Program-made: the position numbers and the translations under genes
DNA from: Octopus vulgaris
Lineage: Eukaryota
Assembly: GCA_951406725.2 (NCBI GenBank)
Contig: OX597830.1
Span: 5,766,001 to 5,830,000, forward strand
Direction of reading: 5' to 3'
DNA length: 64,000 nt
In this document: positions 12,849-27,816 of the stretch, in pieces
How the letters are laid out: every line of letters begins with the position of its first letter
How positions within the stretch are numbered: position 1 is the stretch's first letter
Notes under the pieces: generated by a model
What the model was told of the DNA's origin: nothing
Seen by the model: the letters and a program-made list of their open reading frames with translations, nothing else
Databases searched by the model: none

Positions 12849-14528
12849 TCTGCTTAATTTAAGAGACTTAGATCTATGTTATATGATGAGTCCTTCTCGT
12901 TTTAATAAGGCAGAACGTGATTTGAGGAGGACTTGGTTGGAGTTTCTCGCCAGTTTATTGACTATAGCGTGCATCGCCAATGTGTGCATGTGTAATGGTA
13001 AGTAAATAAATGTGGACACATGTGGGTTTAAATGTGAGTCTGTATGAAAGTCTGTATGTAACTAGAATCGAACACGCTTTTTTCAATATACATAGACACA
13101 CGTACAAATGTATTTGTGACTGTGCCTTAGTGCGTAGATATCTATGTCCACTTGATTTTGCAATTATATCAGTGTGTTCTCATGAAAATAAATTCATGTA
13201 GGTGTATATGTGTCTATACATCGCCCTCATTCTTTACTTCACTGATTTTCCTCAACATTTCTCTCGCACTCAATGTATCTGGCTATTACTTTATTTCTTG
13301 GATTTTATACTTTCTGTAGTGAACCATCCATTTAATTATACACGCAAATTCAAATATGTCATTTAATATAGAGAGTAAAATGATATGAGCTACTAATACT
13401 TTCTTGCCGAAGAAAACACTTGCGTAGGCAGGATTTTTACAACACGTGTTTCCACGGTGAAAAACTATTAGCAGCTATTATCTTTATGCTGCTTACATTA
13501 ATATTTATCTCTCACTGGACTGGATGGAGTAGCTCTTGTTCATATTAGCTTAACGGAACAGTAAAACAATATTCATATGTATATATGTGTGTGTGTATGT
13601 GTGTTTCTACGTGTGTGTGTCTACGTACGTACGTATTTATGTATGCATGTACGTATGTATGTATTTATGTATGAATGTATATATATATATATATAAATAC
13701 AGTGTACACTTAAACACATAACATGTATACATCATAGGGTTCCTGGTATGCTAGAAGGAATAGCCAAAATCCAAACCACTATTAGGAATAACTTCGAAGG
13801 AAAATAAAAATAAAAACATTTACCATCTATCTCCTAGACCATGGTTTCTGACATTTTTTAGCAAATAAAAAAATTTGGTAGGCGAAGTGCTCATCAACAG
13901 GCACGCCTAGATTAAACATAAAATACGAGGCAATCGTACACTGCACACAACACTCAATGCCCTCAGCTATGAGCAATTTCAAGAAATATTTGCTCATCTG
14001 CAAATAATACACTGTACCAAAACACAATTGTCTGTCTATAATTGTGTGTGTGTCTGTCTGTATGCCTGTTTGTGTGTTCACGTATGTGTATGTGTTTGTG
14101 TATGTGTATGTGCGTGTTTGTGTATGTGTGTGTGTGGTAAAAGGTAAAAATGTATTGTAACGATGTTTTCATTCGTTCTGCGGTCTGTAGACATGCAAAC
14201 ATGGCAACCTTCCTACCTTGAAATCCGATGACGTGATTGGTCGACAGATGTCACGGAACAATGATTTGGAATATGTAATCATCGACTGTTATTAATTAAC
14301 ATAAAATATTCTACAAGCAGCAAACAGAATTTTATTGAACATATTCATATTACTGTTGTACAGAACACAAAGTAACCATATACACATATAGGGGGAGAGA
14401 GAGACATAGACGGATAGACATACGTGCGTATGGTTACATATATACAGATATTTACATATATATATATCTATATATATGTATATATGCATAGGTATATAGT
14501 TATATATGTGTGTCGGTATATATATATA

Positions 14529-14868
<340 letters not shown>

Positions 14869-14895
14869 TATATATATACATACATACATACATAC

Positions 14896-14928
<33 letters not shown>

Positions 14929-16478
14929 GTGATGCCAACGTATAAAAGACACACAACACATTCACGTACAGCTTGTTTATTTCTGTTTGGTCATTTTTAT
15001 GATAATCAATGTAATATTTCATTCTAGCCTTTCTCGGGTTTCGTTCAATTTGTTAATTTTAGGTATATGGAAAAGAAATCTGAAAAAGCAATTGGCAGAG
15101 TGAAGCGTTACCAATTCTTAAATCCCTTCGCTAAATGGCGAACCACAATGCGGTTTATTTACCTGTAACTAATTTATTCTGCTCGATTCTTTCCGCTGAA
15201 GTAACACAAGACAGTTGTACCTGAATGTTATTTTTAAACTGGTATTTTGTCATAAATTTGAGTGCCTATTTTCGGGTTTGGTAGAAGCCAAATGTCAAAA
15301 TTTTGGAGTTCCATGTATTCATTCTGCCATTACAAGTTTGAATGCAGTGACGGAAAATTAAGGTGGAAATGTTACAGATGCCTAGCTTATATTGCTTAAT
15401 TGATGTATTGCAAACCTCAGTGCAAAAATGGTTGCCGGAACTGTACGCATTTTTCATCGTAAATTTGTTTTATAATTGACTATTTTTGTGGCGAGAGTCA
15501 CGACACTCCCTGCGAGAACAAACTTGAATAAACGTCTATCAACAATGGCGGTCTGAGTGCGAGACAGAGAAGGAAGGCGTTAATTGCTGGAAGTCGCCAG
15601 GTGTCGTTTTGGTAGTTTGTCGGAATATCGTTTGCTGTTTCTTGTGTAGTTTGTGGAGCTTGGTGGATTGTTGCGTTGTTGTTACCCTGCTTTGTTATAT
15701 GTTTATTGTTACTATACGGTTTTAGTGTAAACAAGTATCGTTATAAATAGTGACGATACTACAATAATTGCAGACTTTACAATAACTATCTTTGAACATT
15801 TGTTAGATTTCTTTGAAATTTCTTTAAAAATACTTTCACTTTCTGTTCTCGAGCTCTTTACAGTTTCAACCATTTTGTTAGGCATCATATTTTCTTGAGA
15901 TATTGAAAAAAAATTCCAAAATAAATGCAGCGTTACTCTGGGTATCGAGAGACACAAAAGATGCATGTTGTGTGCTCTGTTGAAGCATTTTTAATAGCAT
16001 TTTCACAATAAACAAAGAAAATGGTTACACAAACGAATTTTATTGTGCCCATGATAGTAAACTCTCAACAAATGTCAATTTAAATAAAGGAAGGAGAATG
16101 GGAATATTTCAAAGGTGCAAACGCGAACGATTCCCTTGTCACCATCGAAAAAGGAAGCAATACTAAGTGCTGATGATGAAATCCTTTTGATTTCTAGAAA
16201 AGTCAAAAGAAAGCATTGACGTTCATCAAGTCAGTCATAAGAACCAGGTACCAGCAGCGTTTATTTTGGTTATAAGGGTCCAAGAATCCTCAATGACTAC
16301 AAACAGTGAAACTTGAAGTGACTAGGGAATGAATCATCGAATTTTATATAGATGCATACATACATACATACATACATCCAAATAGATATATTTGCATACG
16401 AGCATACACACATACATATATATAGGCATAAAGCTATCCCGCTCTCTCTCTTTCTCTGTCTGTCTGCCTGTCTCTCTC

Positions 16479-16516
<38 letters not shown>

Positions 16517-16530
16517 CCCGCCACTCACTT

Positions 16531-16601
<71 letters not shown>

Positions 16602-16634
16602 ATGTGTGTGTGTGTTTATACATATATATACTAT

Positions 16635-16673
<39 letters not shown>

Positions 16674-17002
16674 CATATATATGTATGTATATGTACTCAT
16701 ATCTGATTACATATATGAAAGTGAAGCCTTTGGAATTGTGTATATAATATATACAAGAAAAATATCCCTATTCAAAAACCTTTCTATGTTTCTTCAAATT
16801 TCAATCCCCGCACCACCACCGAAACAACAATATTTTCCTGTCAGAAGCACAAACCTTTAATATGGATCAATGTTTGCACAGCTCAACCATTCATTGTATG
16901 ATTACTTCCATCAAAAATCTTTATTTTTAAGCCTTGTTGATTGTCACATAAAATGCCATACCGTGACACGAATGCCTATGTACTTATATATGCCAATGTA
17001 CT

Positions 17003-17082
<80 letters not shown>

Positions 17083-17360
17083 TTTATATACATATGCATG
17101 TATGTATATAAGAGCGAGAGAAAGCGTTATATACATTTCTATGTTTATGTATACACAAACTCTATGTATGTATATATATATATATTCACACACACACACA
17201 CATATATATATATACATATATATATCATTCATGTGTAAATGTATTTAAGTATGCATATATTTGCGTATGTGTGGTAGTGAAATTCTTCCTTCTCTATTTG
17301 CCAATGTTGAGATATACATAATACATATCACTTTAATCTTGTTTGTGTAAGCCGTCCTGG

Positions 17361-17405
<45 letters not shown>

Positions 17406-17531
17406 ACACACACATACACACACACACACTCAGAAGTAAACTCACCTCAACACAAATATGTAACTACACACACATCTAAATATACATATATTTACTTGTA
17501 CATACGTAAGTCATATGTATGCATACCTGTA

Positions 17532-17571
<40 letters not shown>

Positions 17572-17594
17572 CCCATGTGTATAATTTATAATTA

Positions 17595-17680
<86 letters not shown>

Positions 17681-17742
17681 GACATACATATACATATATG
17701 GAAATATATGTATACTTACATCTGCACACACATACACACTCA

Positions 17743-17785
<43 letters not shown>

Positions 17786-18233
17786 ATATATATATATATA
17801 TATACGTACACACATGGAAACACACATTTGCCTTTGTTATCTCTGTGTTGTGTGTCTGTGTGTCTGCATACGAGCACGTGCGGGCACACGCCTCCTGCTC
17901 TCTATCCTACTCTTTCACTCACTGTGTGTATATACAGATATATATATATATCTGTGTGTATGTGTGTGTTTGTGTGTGCGTGTGTGTATGCATCTATATA
18001 GGTATGTATATATGTATATATATATATAAACAGAGTCACACTATCTCACATAATAAACACCGTATACAAATAAAACACACATTTATAAGGAATCAATACA
18101 TCTATTTGGCTAAACAAATGTTGTGTATACACCCTTTGTTATTTATGTGTGTGAGTGTGTGTGTGCGTGCGTGCGTGCGTGTGTGTGTGTGTTTGTGTGA
18201 TGTTGAAGTTTATTTCAAGTCTGCCGTTGCCTT

Positions 18234-19298
18234 TCATATACCGTTTCTACTGCTTGTCGGTGTCACTTGGAATGTATGTTTATGTCTTTGATCTTTATTC
18301 TTCTGTCTAATCATATATTTCAGCTCGTATCGAAAATTGTTGTTATAATAGGCGTAAATAACCGGATTTAAACAGCAGTTGGCAAATGAAACCAGAATGA
18401 ATATTATTCGGAATGCTGCCAATACGTTTCTGTCGACATGTTTTCCAGTCATAATCATACCGTCACCAACAAATTCCTGGACATAAAATGGTACCCAGCA
18501 TATCATGAAGACAAGAACACTTATCAGAAGCATCTTAGCGACTCTTCGCTTTCTTCGAAGACCGGTACCAACCGGTATTTTCTTTCGCCATAGGGTTGAT
18601 ATAATGCGTCCATACATCACGATCATTGCTATGAAAGGCACAACGAAGAGAATGAGAAAATCGAAAAACCGGAATACCATATCCGTTTCGTCTTCCTCCA
18701 TGAAGAAGTCACATGACCATCGGTGAATACCTGAAGTGTTGCCATTGTGGTCAGACGATTCATCCCTGAGGTTGTTCTCTTTCGATGGGGGATTTGTGCT
18801 GGATCTGTTCTGATGTTCTGTATCATCGGAAATTTTCAGCTTGCTGTAGAACTGGGGGATGACTCGAAGACCATAGATAACGGCCGACAGCCAGACTAAT
18901 CCAACGATTTTGGCGGCGAATTTCAAGGGGGTTTTACTGACTCTTTTTTGCAAAACAGCTTGGTACCGATCAACAGTAATGGCCATTAACGACAACACAC
19001 TTGCTGATATGGCCACCACTTCGAAATATGGAACTAATACACAACGGTATATACTATATTCTAAATATATTTTACTGAAGCTTTTCGCAGTGTTGCCAAT
19101 GACTACAAGAGCAATTATTAGATCGGCAAACGACAAGGAAGATATATATAAATTTGCGGGAGTCCTCATATATTTCCGGGATGCAACAACAATGATGACA
19201 GCGACGTTTCCAGTAACAGCCACGCAGATATAAAGTATAAACAGCATCAGAAACGGCCATGATGGCAGGCTTTCGTATATCTCCAGAACAGAAAGCAT
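18234..19298 (-). CDS. Class A (rhodopsin-like) GPCR, neuropeptide-receptor-like (QRFP/orexin/CCK/NPFF-type TM3), 354 aa, single coding exon
   Basis: Seven hydrophobic helices. TM1 GN, TM2 SLSFADL, TM3 Cys and DRY, TM4 W, ECL2 Cys, TM5 FVVP..Y, TM6 CWVPF, TM7 NPVIY, helix 8 NFR. In-frame stops just upstream support the ATG at 19298. Confidence 0.95.
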   Translation of the reverse strand: MLSVLEIYESLPSWPFLMLFILYICVAVTGNVAVIIVVASRKYMRTPANLYISSLSFADLIIALVVIGNTAKSFSKIYLEYSIYRCVLVPYFEVVAISASVLSLMAITVDRYQAVLQKRVSKTPLKFAAKIVGLVWLSAVIYGLRVIPQFYSKLKISDDTEHQNRSSTNPPSKENNLRDESSDHNGNTSGIHRWSCDFFMEEDETDMVFRFFDFLILFVVPFIAMIVMYGRIISTLWRKKIPVGTGLRRKRRVAKMLLISVLVFMICWVPFYVQEFVGDGMIMTGKHVDRNVLAAFRIIFILVSFANCCLNPVIYAYYNNNFRYELKYMIRQKNKDQRHKHTFQVTPTSSRNGI

Positions 19299-19344
19299 AT
19301 TCCTTGGAGAGTTGAGAGATTGACTTTATTAGAAAATTCAGCGC

Positions 19345-19364
19345 CTGTAATAAAGAAAATAAAT
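19345..19364 (-). promoter_or_regulatory. Probable splice acceptor 46 nt upstream of the GPCR start codon (5' UTR intron)
   Basis: Minus strand reads TTTATTTTCTTTATTACAG|GCGCTG: pyrimidine tract plus CAG. Confidence 0.6.
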
Positions 19365-19722
19365 TTTTAAATGGTGAGAAATACATTTAAAAAATAAATG
19401 CCAAAAAAAACCCAGAAAAATGAAGGCCAAAAATTATATTAGGTGTGTCCTAATTTTTTTCGATATTATATTAGCAAAAAAAAAAATATCGATCATATAA
19501 ATAATTAAGTCGATTAATTGTAACATAAATAGAATTGATTTCGCTCAAACAACTACACGAATGAATACATATATATATATGTAGGTATGTATTTATGTAT
19601 GTATATATATATGTATACACACACACACACATATATATATATGCATGTATGTATGAACATAAATGTATTATACATCTATGTATGCGTATACATACACACT
19701 TGTATCACGTATATGTACGTAC

Positions 19723-19792
<70 letters not shown>

Positions 19793-20233
19793 ATGTGTAT
19801 GTGTATATATATATATATATATAGATAGATAGATAGATACATACATACATACATACATACATACATACATTCATACATAGGTACATGGATGTTATGTATA
19901 CATATATATAATACGGATATATATTATTTAATGAGGCGTCTTCTCACGTGATATGTTAAACATTGAAAACAAATTTAAAACCCCTATTAACAAAAATATC
20001 TTTCATGATTAATCGTCGAAAAATGCCTTTAGGTATTTATTCCGATTCTTTGCGATCTCAGGTCAAATTCTGACGCGAACAAGCTTGCCATTCAAACTTC
20101 CTGGATTGGTAATTCCAGGATTAGAATCAATAAAATCGACTAGCGTCCAACCCACACATTTCCAGCCTTGTGTGTATATAGTAAAAGAGAATTTGTCTTC
20201 TTCCTCATTTTGTTGTTGTTGTTGTTGTTGTTG

Positions 20234-21259
<1,026 letters not shown>

Positions 21260-21284
21260 ATTATTATTGTTGTTGTTGTTGTTA

Positions 21285-21349
<65 letters not shown>

Positions 21350-21907
21350 GAGTGAAATAGAAGTGCATACCATGAAAGTGGCACTGGGGTAAAATTTACG
21401 AAGCCTAGCTTACCCATCATGACTACCCGTCTGATAAGGATACACTAGACACATGCACCACAACCATATGTGCGCGACATGGTGATCTCATATCAAGATA
21501 AACAACATATGACCTTGCAGGTGTGGCCCGGTGAGAATTTTCATCTGGTCGAGTAACGCGTCCCATTCAAAAGCTCCCTGAATAAGTGTTGTTTAAGGAT
21601 GTTGAACGATATACCTATGTTTCCAGAGGTGAATTATCCAAACCCCAAAGTATTCGTCTCAACACATGGCTATAATGCTACCCCCACCACTATTTCTGCT
21701 CATGATCAGAAATACACATATTGTCAGCCACTAAGGGACATGCTCAACTTATTAAGGTCAAACAACTGTCAAGCAAATCTGTGGTATTGAGTAGAATATT
21801 TTCTATAGCCCGTATTTTATACCAAGGGAATACAATGTACATGATAACATTTCCAATCAGTTAAAATGAGAAGCCATGAAAGCTACTGCCTGGCATTGCA
21901 TCAAGGC
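21350..21907. mobile_element. Unclassified ~558-bp interspersed element in (TTA)n, copy 2
   Basis: Same termini as copy 1 (GAGTGA…/…CCTGG.A.TG.ATCA.GGC) with scattered substitutions. Confidence 0.85.
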
Positions 21908-21968
<61 letters not shown>

Positions 21969-22017
21969 GTTGTTGTTGTTGTTGTTATCGTTTTGCTTTT
22001 GTTGTCATTATTTATGT

Positions 22018-22222
22018 AGTGAATGGCAGAATCGTTAGCAAACCGGGCAACATTCCTAGTGGCATTTCGTCCGTCCTTACGTTCTGAGTTCAGCCGAGGT
22101 CGAGTGTGCCTTTCCATCCTTCTGGGATGAAATTAAGTACCAGTTGCGTACTGGGGTCGATGTAACCGTCTGGCCAACACCCCAGAAATGTCGGGCTTTG
22201 TGCCTAGAGTAGAAAAGAATAT
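22018..22222 (+). mobile_element. SINE family A copy
   Basis: TGGCAGAATCGTTAGC…GAGTTCA…AAGTACCAGTTGCGTACTGGGGTCGATGTAA…TAGAGTAGAAAAG. Confidence 0.8.
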
Positions 22223-23067
22223 AAAGTGGACTAACGCTAGGTGAGAACGATGTTGCTATCAACAAAACTCAAGGCATCGACCAGATCAAACTTTTTCGTT
22301 TGTTACAGAGAACTTTCGAGTCTGACCACTTTCCTATATATTTGATTACTTCGGAAATCCTAGGCTTGGCAGTGCTACCGAGAAGCATTTCTGGTCCCAT
22401 TATTTCTTATAAGGCGAAACATATATTGCCTATGACGCGCATGTTAAACATACTGATGTCCCGTGTAAGAGAGATCCATCTGTCGACTGAATTTCACGAT
22501 GCGGATCGTTCAACCAGCTCGTTTTAAAAAGGCAATGGAGGTAATCGTACCACGCCTGGTAGCTATGGCCACGCACTTTGTAGGATAAACGAGGTGGGAA
22601 TAGATCGAAATCAAAGGCATTCCTCTTTTGATCAAGCCTCATCGATCATTTGAAGTTTCATTTGGAAAATAAAGTGTGCAGAAGGATGCCTTCCATTCCA
22701 GTGAATTTTTGAAAAGTTTTATGACTGAAAAAAAAAATGTAGTAGAACAGAACTAATCTACGCACGCGTTTAAGCTAACTACAGATGGATGAAGATTCGA
22801 AACCTCGGTCGTGTGGGTGATTATGGATCCATTGTATTCTTTGATTGTCCATAGTTGGAATTTATATTGCATTAAGACGTGTTCACATATTTTGTATACT
22901 ACGTATACATTTTATCTAATTTTCTCTTTCCACATCTTTCTTTTTCCTCTCATCTTTTTGATGTAAACCTTTGCATAATTTGTAAAGTGTCCTTCTTGTA
23001 TAATCACTCATATGATGCCCCTGCGGCAAATATATCATTATTGTTATTATTATTATTATTATCTTTA

Positions 23068-23153
<86 letters not shown>

Positions 23154-23809
23154 CGATGCATATGCAGAATATATTTGTATGATTAATTCTTTTGGAATTC
23201 TGTTGCAATTAAAAGATAAATAAAATAGAAACGGACGCACGATAGAGTGGAACGTATTCGTAGACATGTCGGAAACTGTAGAAACAAATAAATACAGCTC
23301 CTATCTTTACTTCAAATTTATTTATTCCATTATGTTGACAAATAACATTTTATTGAACATTCGCATCGTTTATCAAACATGTTTCGCTCTTACATCAGAA
23401 TCACTGATCAGATCTGCAATCGTTTATATCATTTCTTCCAATTTAATTGATCTCCGATGGAGAGGACGGTACATCGCTTTATTCTTCTTTTTTCTTTTCC
23501 GAATTTTCAGTTTGACATTCTTCTGGAACTGTATTAATATGTCTCCACAAAGACCAGTATTAAATCTTGTGAGATGGAACTGATAGTGTTTATTTATTTA
23601 GTATTTTATGTTTACGAGAGCCATAAAATATAAATATTGACTTTCTCCACGCATAATACTTACTATCCATGGCGTGAATTAATGGAATTCCGACCGAACT
23701 ACTGATAGTAGTTACTATTAAGTATACACAGTTCACTAAATGATTTTGTTGCAGAGGAAAAGCAAAGTCTAACTTTTTGGGACAAAACTCTTCATCAGGC
23801 TGAGAATTG

Positions 23810-23873
<64 letters not shown>

Positions 23874-23877
<4 letters not shown>

Positions 23878-24050
23878 ACAGTTTACGAAAAAAAACAAAA
23901 GACGAAGACAGGTGGTGTACAACACAAACAGATGTATTAGTATAACACTCAGGAATAGAAGAAGTCTTTTACGTTTCGAGCCTACGCTCTTCTACAGAAA
24001 GGGACACAGAAAACAAGGAGACAAAAATGTGTGTGTAGTGGCTAACGATC
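23874..24050 (-). mobile_element. Short (TA)n-flanked element with a hammerhead-like motif (Penelope pLTR-like)
   Basis: Minus strand CTTT-CTGTAGA-A-GAGC-GTAG-GCTC-GAAACGTA-AAAG at about 24001-23966. Confidence 0.6.
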
Positions 24051-24699
24051 TATAATATATGTATATATAATACAAGTCACTTTATATTCTTTTCTACTCT
24101 AGGCACAAAGCCCGAAATATGTATACATATAAACATGTAGTTTTTTATGTCTATTCTTAATGTAATCTATGTCCAATCGCGCGGTTCGATAGAGATTTTC
24201 TAGAGGGAATATCACTGGTTCGCTTCGTGTCTGGCTGCCAGTGAAAGGCAACGGAAAGGAACGTCTGTAATATAACCGGAAAACACGGGTTTTACGGTTT
24301 CTTCACTGATTCTTATATACTTCACCGAAAGACAAGCATACACGCACGCACCTATACGTACACACACGTACACACAGATTCGAATATACCACGCATGCTC
24401 GCAGACACACACTCACACATACACATCAACATATATAGCTGACCTCCACAGTTTCCGTCTCTGAATTCGCACCAACGCAAAGTTATAGCAAATGAGATGT
24501 GTCGAAGTTGCCGTGTGGGCTCGAAACTCTTATCCGTATAACCACATTTGCGCCAATAGTTACGCTCTCGCACATTTGAGTAGCATTTGTGATTTTAGTA
24601 GCTGAGTAAACGTGGATTTATGTTTTATGTTCTTTTGCTGCTGAACTGTCATTGGTTTAATAAAATAATAAGTTGGCCATTTATAAAAATTATAATTTG

Positions 24700-24905
24700 T
24701 TCTACTTAACGTACAAGGAAAGAGAATTAGAGGAGACAAGGAATAGTCGATACCATGAACCCCAGTACTTGACTGGTATTTAATTTATCAATCTGTGGAG
24801 AGACGAAAGACTTGTTTGAACTCGCGGATAATTGAACTCCGAATGATAAGCGTTGTCAAAAATATTTCGGAGTAATTTGTTTGACGTTCAAACGATTCTA
24901 CCATG
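24700..24905 (-). mobile_element. Degenerate SINE family A copy
   Basis: CCCCAGTACTTGACTGGTATTTAATTTATC…TTGAACTC is the reverse complement of the family A core. Confidence 0.65.
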
Positions 24906-25899
24906 GAAGCACAGTACTACTGCTTTGAATAATAACGCAGTGTAGAGTGTTGTTCTTATCTAGACTGAGTTATGTTATATCTGGATGTATAAGTCAGGAG
25001 ATTTGCCCTTATTCTATCAACCAACATATATACGAAGCAGTACAAATTTAAGCTTTAGTATTTCAAAAAAGCAAAGACAGCAACAGAACTCCTAATGAAT
25101 TAAGACATGGTAAACCTCGAAAATGCGACCGCAAATTTCCATTATGGCAGATTTCTTTTAGAAGTTGTAGCATGGAAATAGCAGCACCCCCAAAATATCG
25201 GTCTTCGAATGGAGACAAGTTGTTACACTAGAACAATATGTTATTATTAAACAATATACAATAACAATATGAAAAACATAAATCCAACACTGAGACGAAT
25301 ATCCGTTGGAATCATATCCATGCAGACAATACCACTATTCATTATTTACAATGAACATAACGGCAGACGAAACACGGCTACGCATTTCGCCTGGCGTGCT
25401 AACGTTTCTACCAGCTCGCCGCCTTTGAATATATACTTATTAACACAACAGATAACCCTGGAATATTGTCATTAAATGTTCCGTGAAATTCGGGCCGGTA
25501 GCATTTTTTCGGACAGAAGAGAAAAAACATTTATTGTTGCTGAGCTTAGCTGACTCGATTTTCACGACTAGTTGTGAATATGAATTTCTAAATAAATGAT
25601 ACAGAAAATATTCGCAGGCATCTGACCCAACATATGCAGCTTCTTCACCCCAAATATATATTTACATGTCTGTGTATATCTTTCTAGAGAAAGAAAGAAA
25701 GAAAGGGAGAGAGGGAGAGAGAGTGATATATATAAAGGCAAGAATGTTGCAGGATATTAAGGCCATTCAGAAACATCTTCTTTCCCCTCAAACTTTCATT
25801 GTTGTCCTGCAAAAGGAAAGAATCATTGCCTCTAGTTGATTTTGAACTCTAAACCACCTCGTCTCAACAGAGTATATAAACATATATGTAACCACGCTA

Positions 25900-26560
25900 C
25901 CGTCGTATACACGGTCAGCGGTGCAGTGAAGGCTATTTAAATGTTTATCTTTCAGCGATGACAGCCATTTTGTAGCTGAGATCAGAATTAACCTTGCTGC
26001 TTGGGTTATCAGGAAACGCAGTAAGTAGCATTTCTTTGATATTTCTGAGAGTCTACTCTGCTTCCACCATCATATAAATGCCATTTCATTACTATACAGC
26101 AAGTCGAAGATGTAGAACATACAGCAGCACATATTGATAACATAATCTGGAAATCTCGCGATCATATCAGATTGAAATGGTTTCGAAGACTGAGAGCCAT
26201 CGATGCCAAATATACTAGAATTGAAGCATATTTACTTTACATTCACCTCTCTCTTCATAAATCAAGTTGCTTGTAGCCATTCTTCAGATTTGTGGGTTTC
26301 AAGTTCAAATCCATGGTGTGCACGAATTATAAATCTCCGGATAATATTATAGAACGGAAATAATAGTAAATATAAACGCAATAATTTGGAGATAGTATGG
26401 AATAAAACTTTAAGAATATCGATTTTCAAAGGATACTCAACGAAAGAATTTGCTTGAAATATCCTATTCTGCAGTTAATTCGACAACAATGGGAAGAAGT
26501 GAGGCTGGATGAGTTTATTTCATATTGCGGTCGTATTTTCAAATCGTTCTTGTCGGCAAT
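25900..26560 (+). mobile_element. Highly degenerate RTE-like LINE thumb-region fragment
   Basis: DDSHFVAEIRINLAAW, FLRVYSAS and HIRLKW loosely follow the RTE order EIxxRIxxA / KxxVYxA / RLxW. Confidence 0.35.
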
Positions 26561-27215
26561 AGATTACGTGTATATTTTGAAGGTAATTTGTTACCACCAT
26601 AACACAGATGATTAAATTATAGTGAAAGTGACTGAGTATTCAATTTTGCAAGATATTCAGTGAACCCAACATTTTGAATCACTAATATATAGCCCAGTCA
26701 GTAAGGACTGTAAAATTTCTGTCGATCCAGTTTAACTCTCAAAGCTTGTATCTTTCTACGACTATTCTAAACACGTATCTAAAATGTCACCGATGATATT
26801 ACTATGTTAGGACGTCTGAATGCCTCACTGCGTTAGGTTTTTGCTAAAGTATGCGTGAGATAAAACAAAATAATGAGATCACGACAGAAAAGATGATTAT
26901 ATGCTATTAATATAATCAGTAAAATAATAAATCCAAAGATCATTAGGTAGATCCCTATGTGGAACGTCAGAATCCATTTCTTCGTAAAGCAGAAATATTT
27001 ATTTCCATGGACAACACTATTTCACTGCATTTTGCTTTTATTATTATTACTGCTAATTCTCTTTCTTTTTTTATAATTTTAACTGAGGTTTTGTCGGAAT
27101 TGCTGAGGTCTTGCATGCGCAGCGGGTTGGCTATCTGCAGCTTACGGCACCATTTCTCTGGTTTCTAACTGACGCCCTTCTCCGAAATTGTTGACCTTCA
27201 CTTAAAATATGAATC

Positions 27216-27264
<49 letters not shown>

Positions 27265-27380
27265 GTTATTATAATTATTGTTGTTGTTGTTGTTGTTATT
27301 ATTGTCTTTGCACAGTTTGTAACCATGGAGATGTACTTTAGTGCCAGTTGTTCAATACCAGTGAAGTAAGGTAACACTCC

Positions 27381-27491
<111 letters not shown>

Positions 27492-27816
27492 TTATCGTTA
27501 TTATTATTAATGCTTTCGTAGATAAAGGAAATTCTCATTACATTTAAATTGATGTTTGTGTATTTCTTTTAATTATTTAAGATGAATCGTATGCATTCAG
27601 TGCATCGCCGCTTATTTACAGAAATTGTTGATTTATTGATACACCTAAACTTAATACATTCGACTATTAATGCACCCGATAACCACTCATTATTCTAATA
27701 TCGAGGTGTATGTTTTTGAGGGGGATGGGGCTGACTGTTCGTATACACACATGCACACACACACACATATGATATATATATATATATATGTATATATATG
27801 TATATGTATATAAAGT

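Noticed and set aside
14930-16350. Unique-looking sequence with short ORFs downstream of the GPCR
   Set aside because: No recognisable protein motif. It could be 3' UTR, but several AATAAA candidates exist and none can be chosen without transcripts.
18234-19298. Opsin or aminergic receptor assignment, or a specific gene symbol
   Set aside because: There is no Lys at 7.43 and TM3 is peptide-receptor-like. The family cannot be fixed without phylogeny.
22270-22730. Possible ancient L1/Tx1 RT fragment on the minus strand (LDQKRNAFD)
   Set aside because: A single weak motif is insufficient to call.
25956-26020. Apparent 65-nt plus-strand exon (TTTCAG|…|GTAAGT)
   Set aside because: The peptide and flanks look like decayed RTE sequence, and there is no partner exon in the window.
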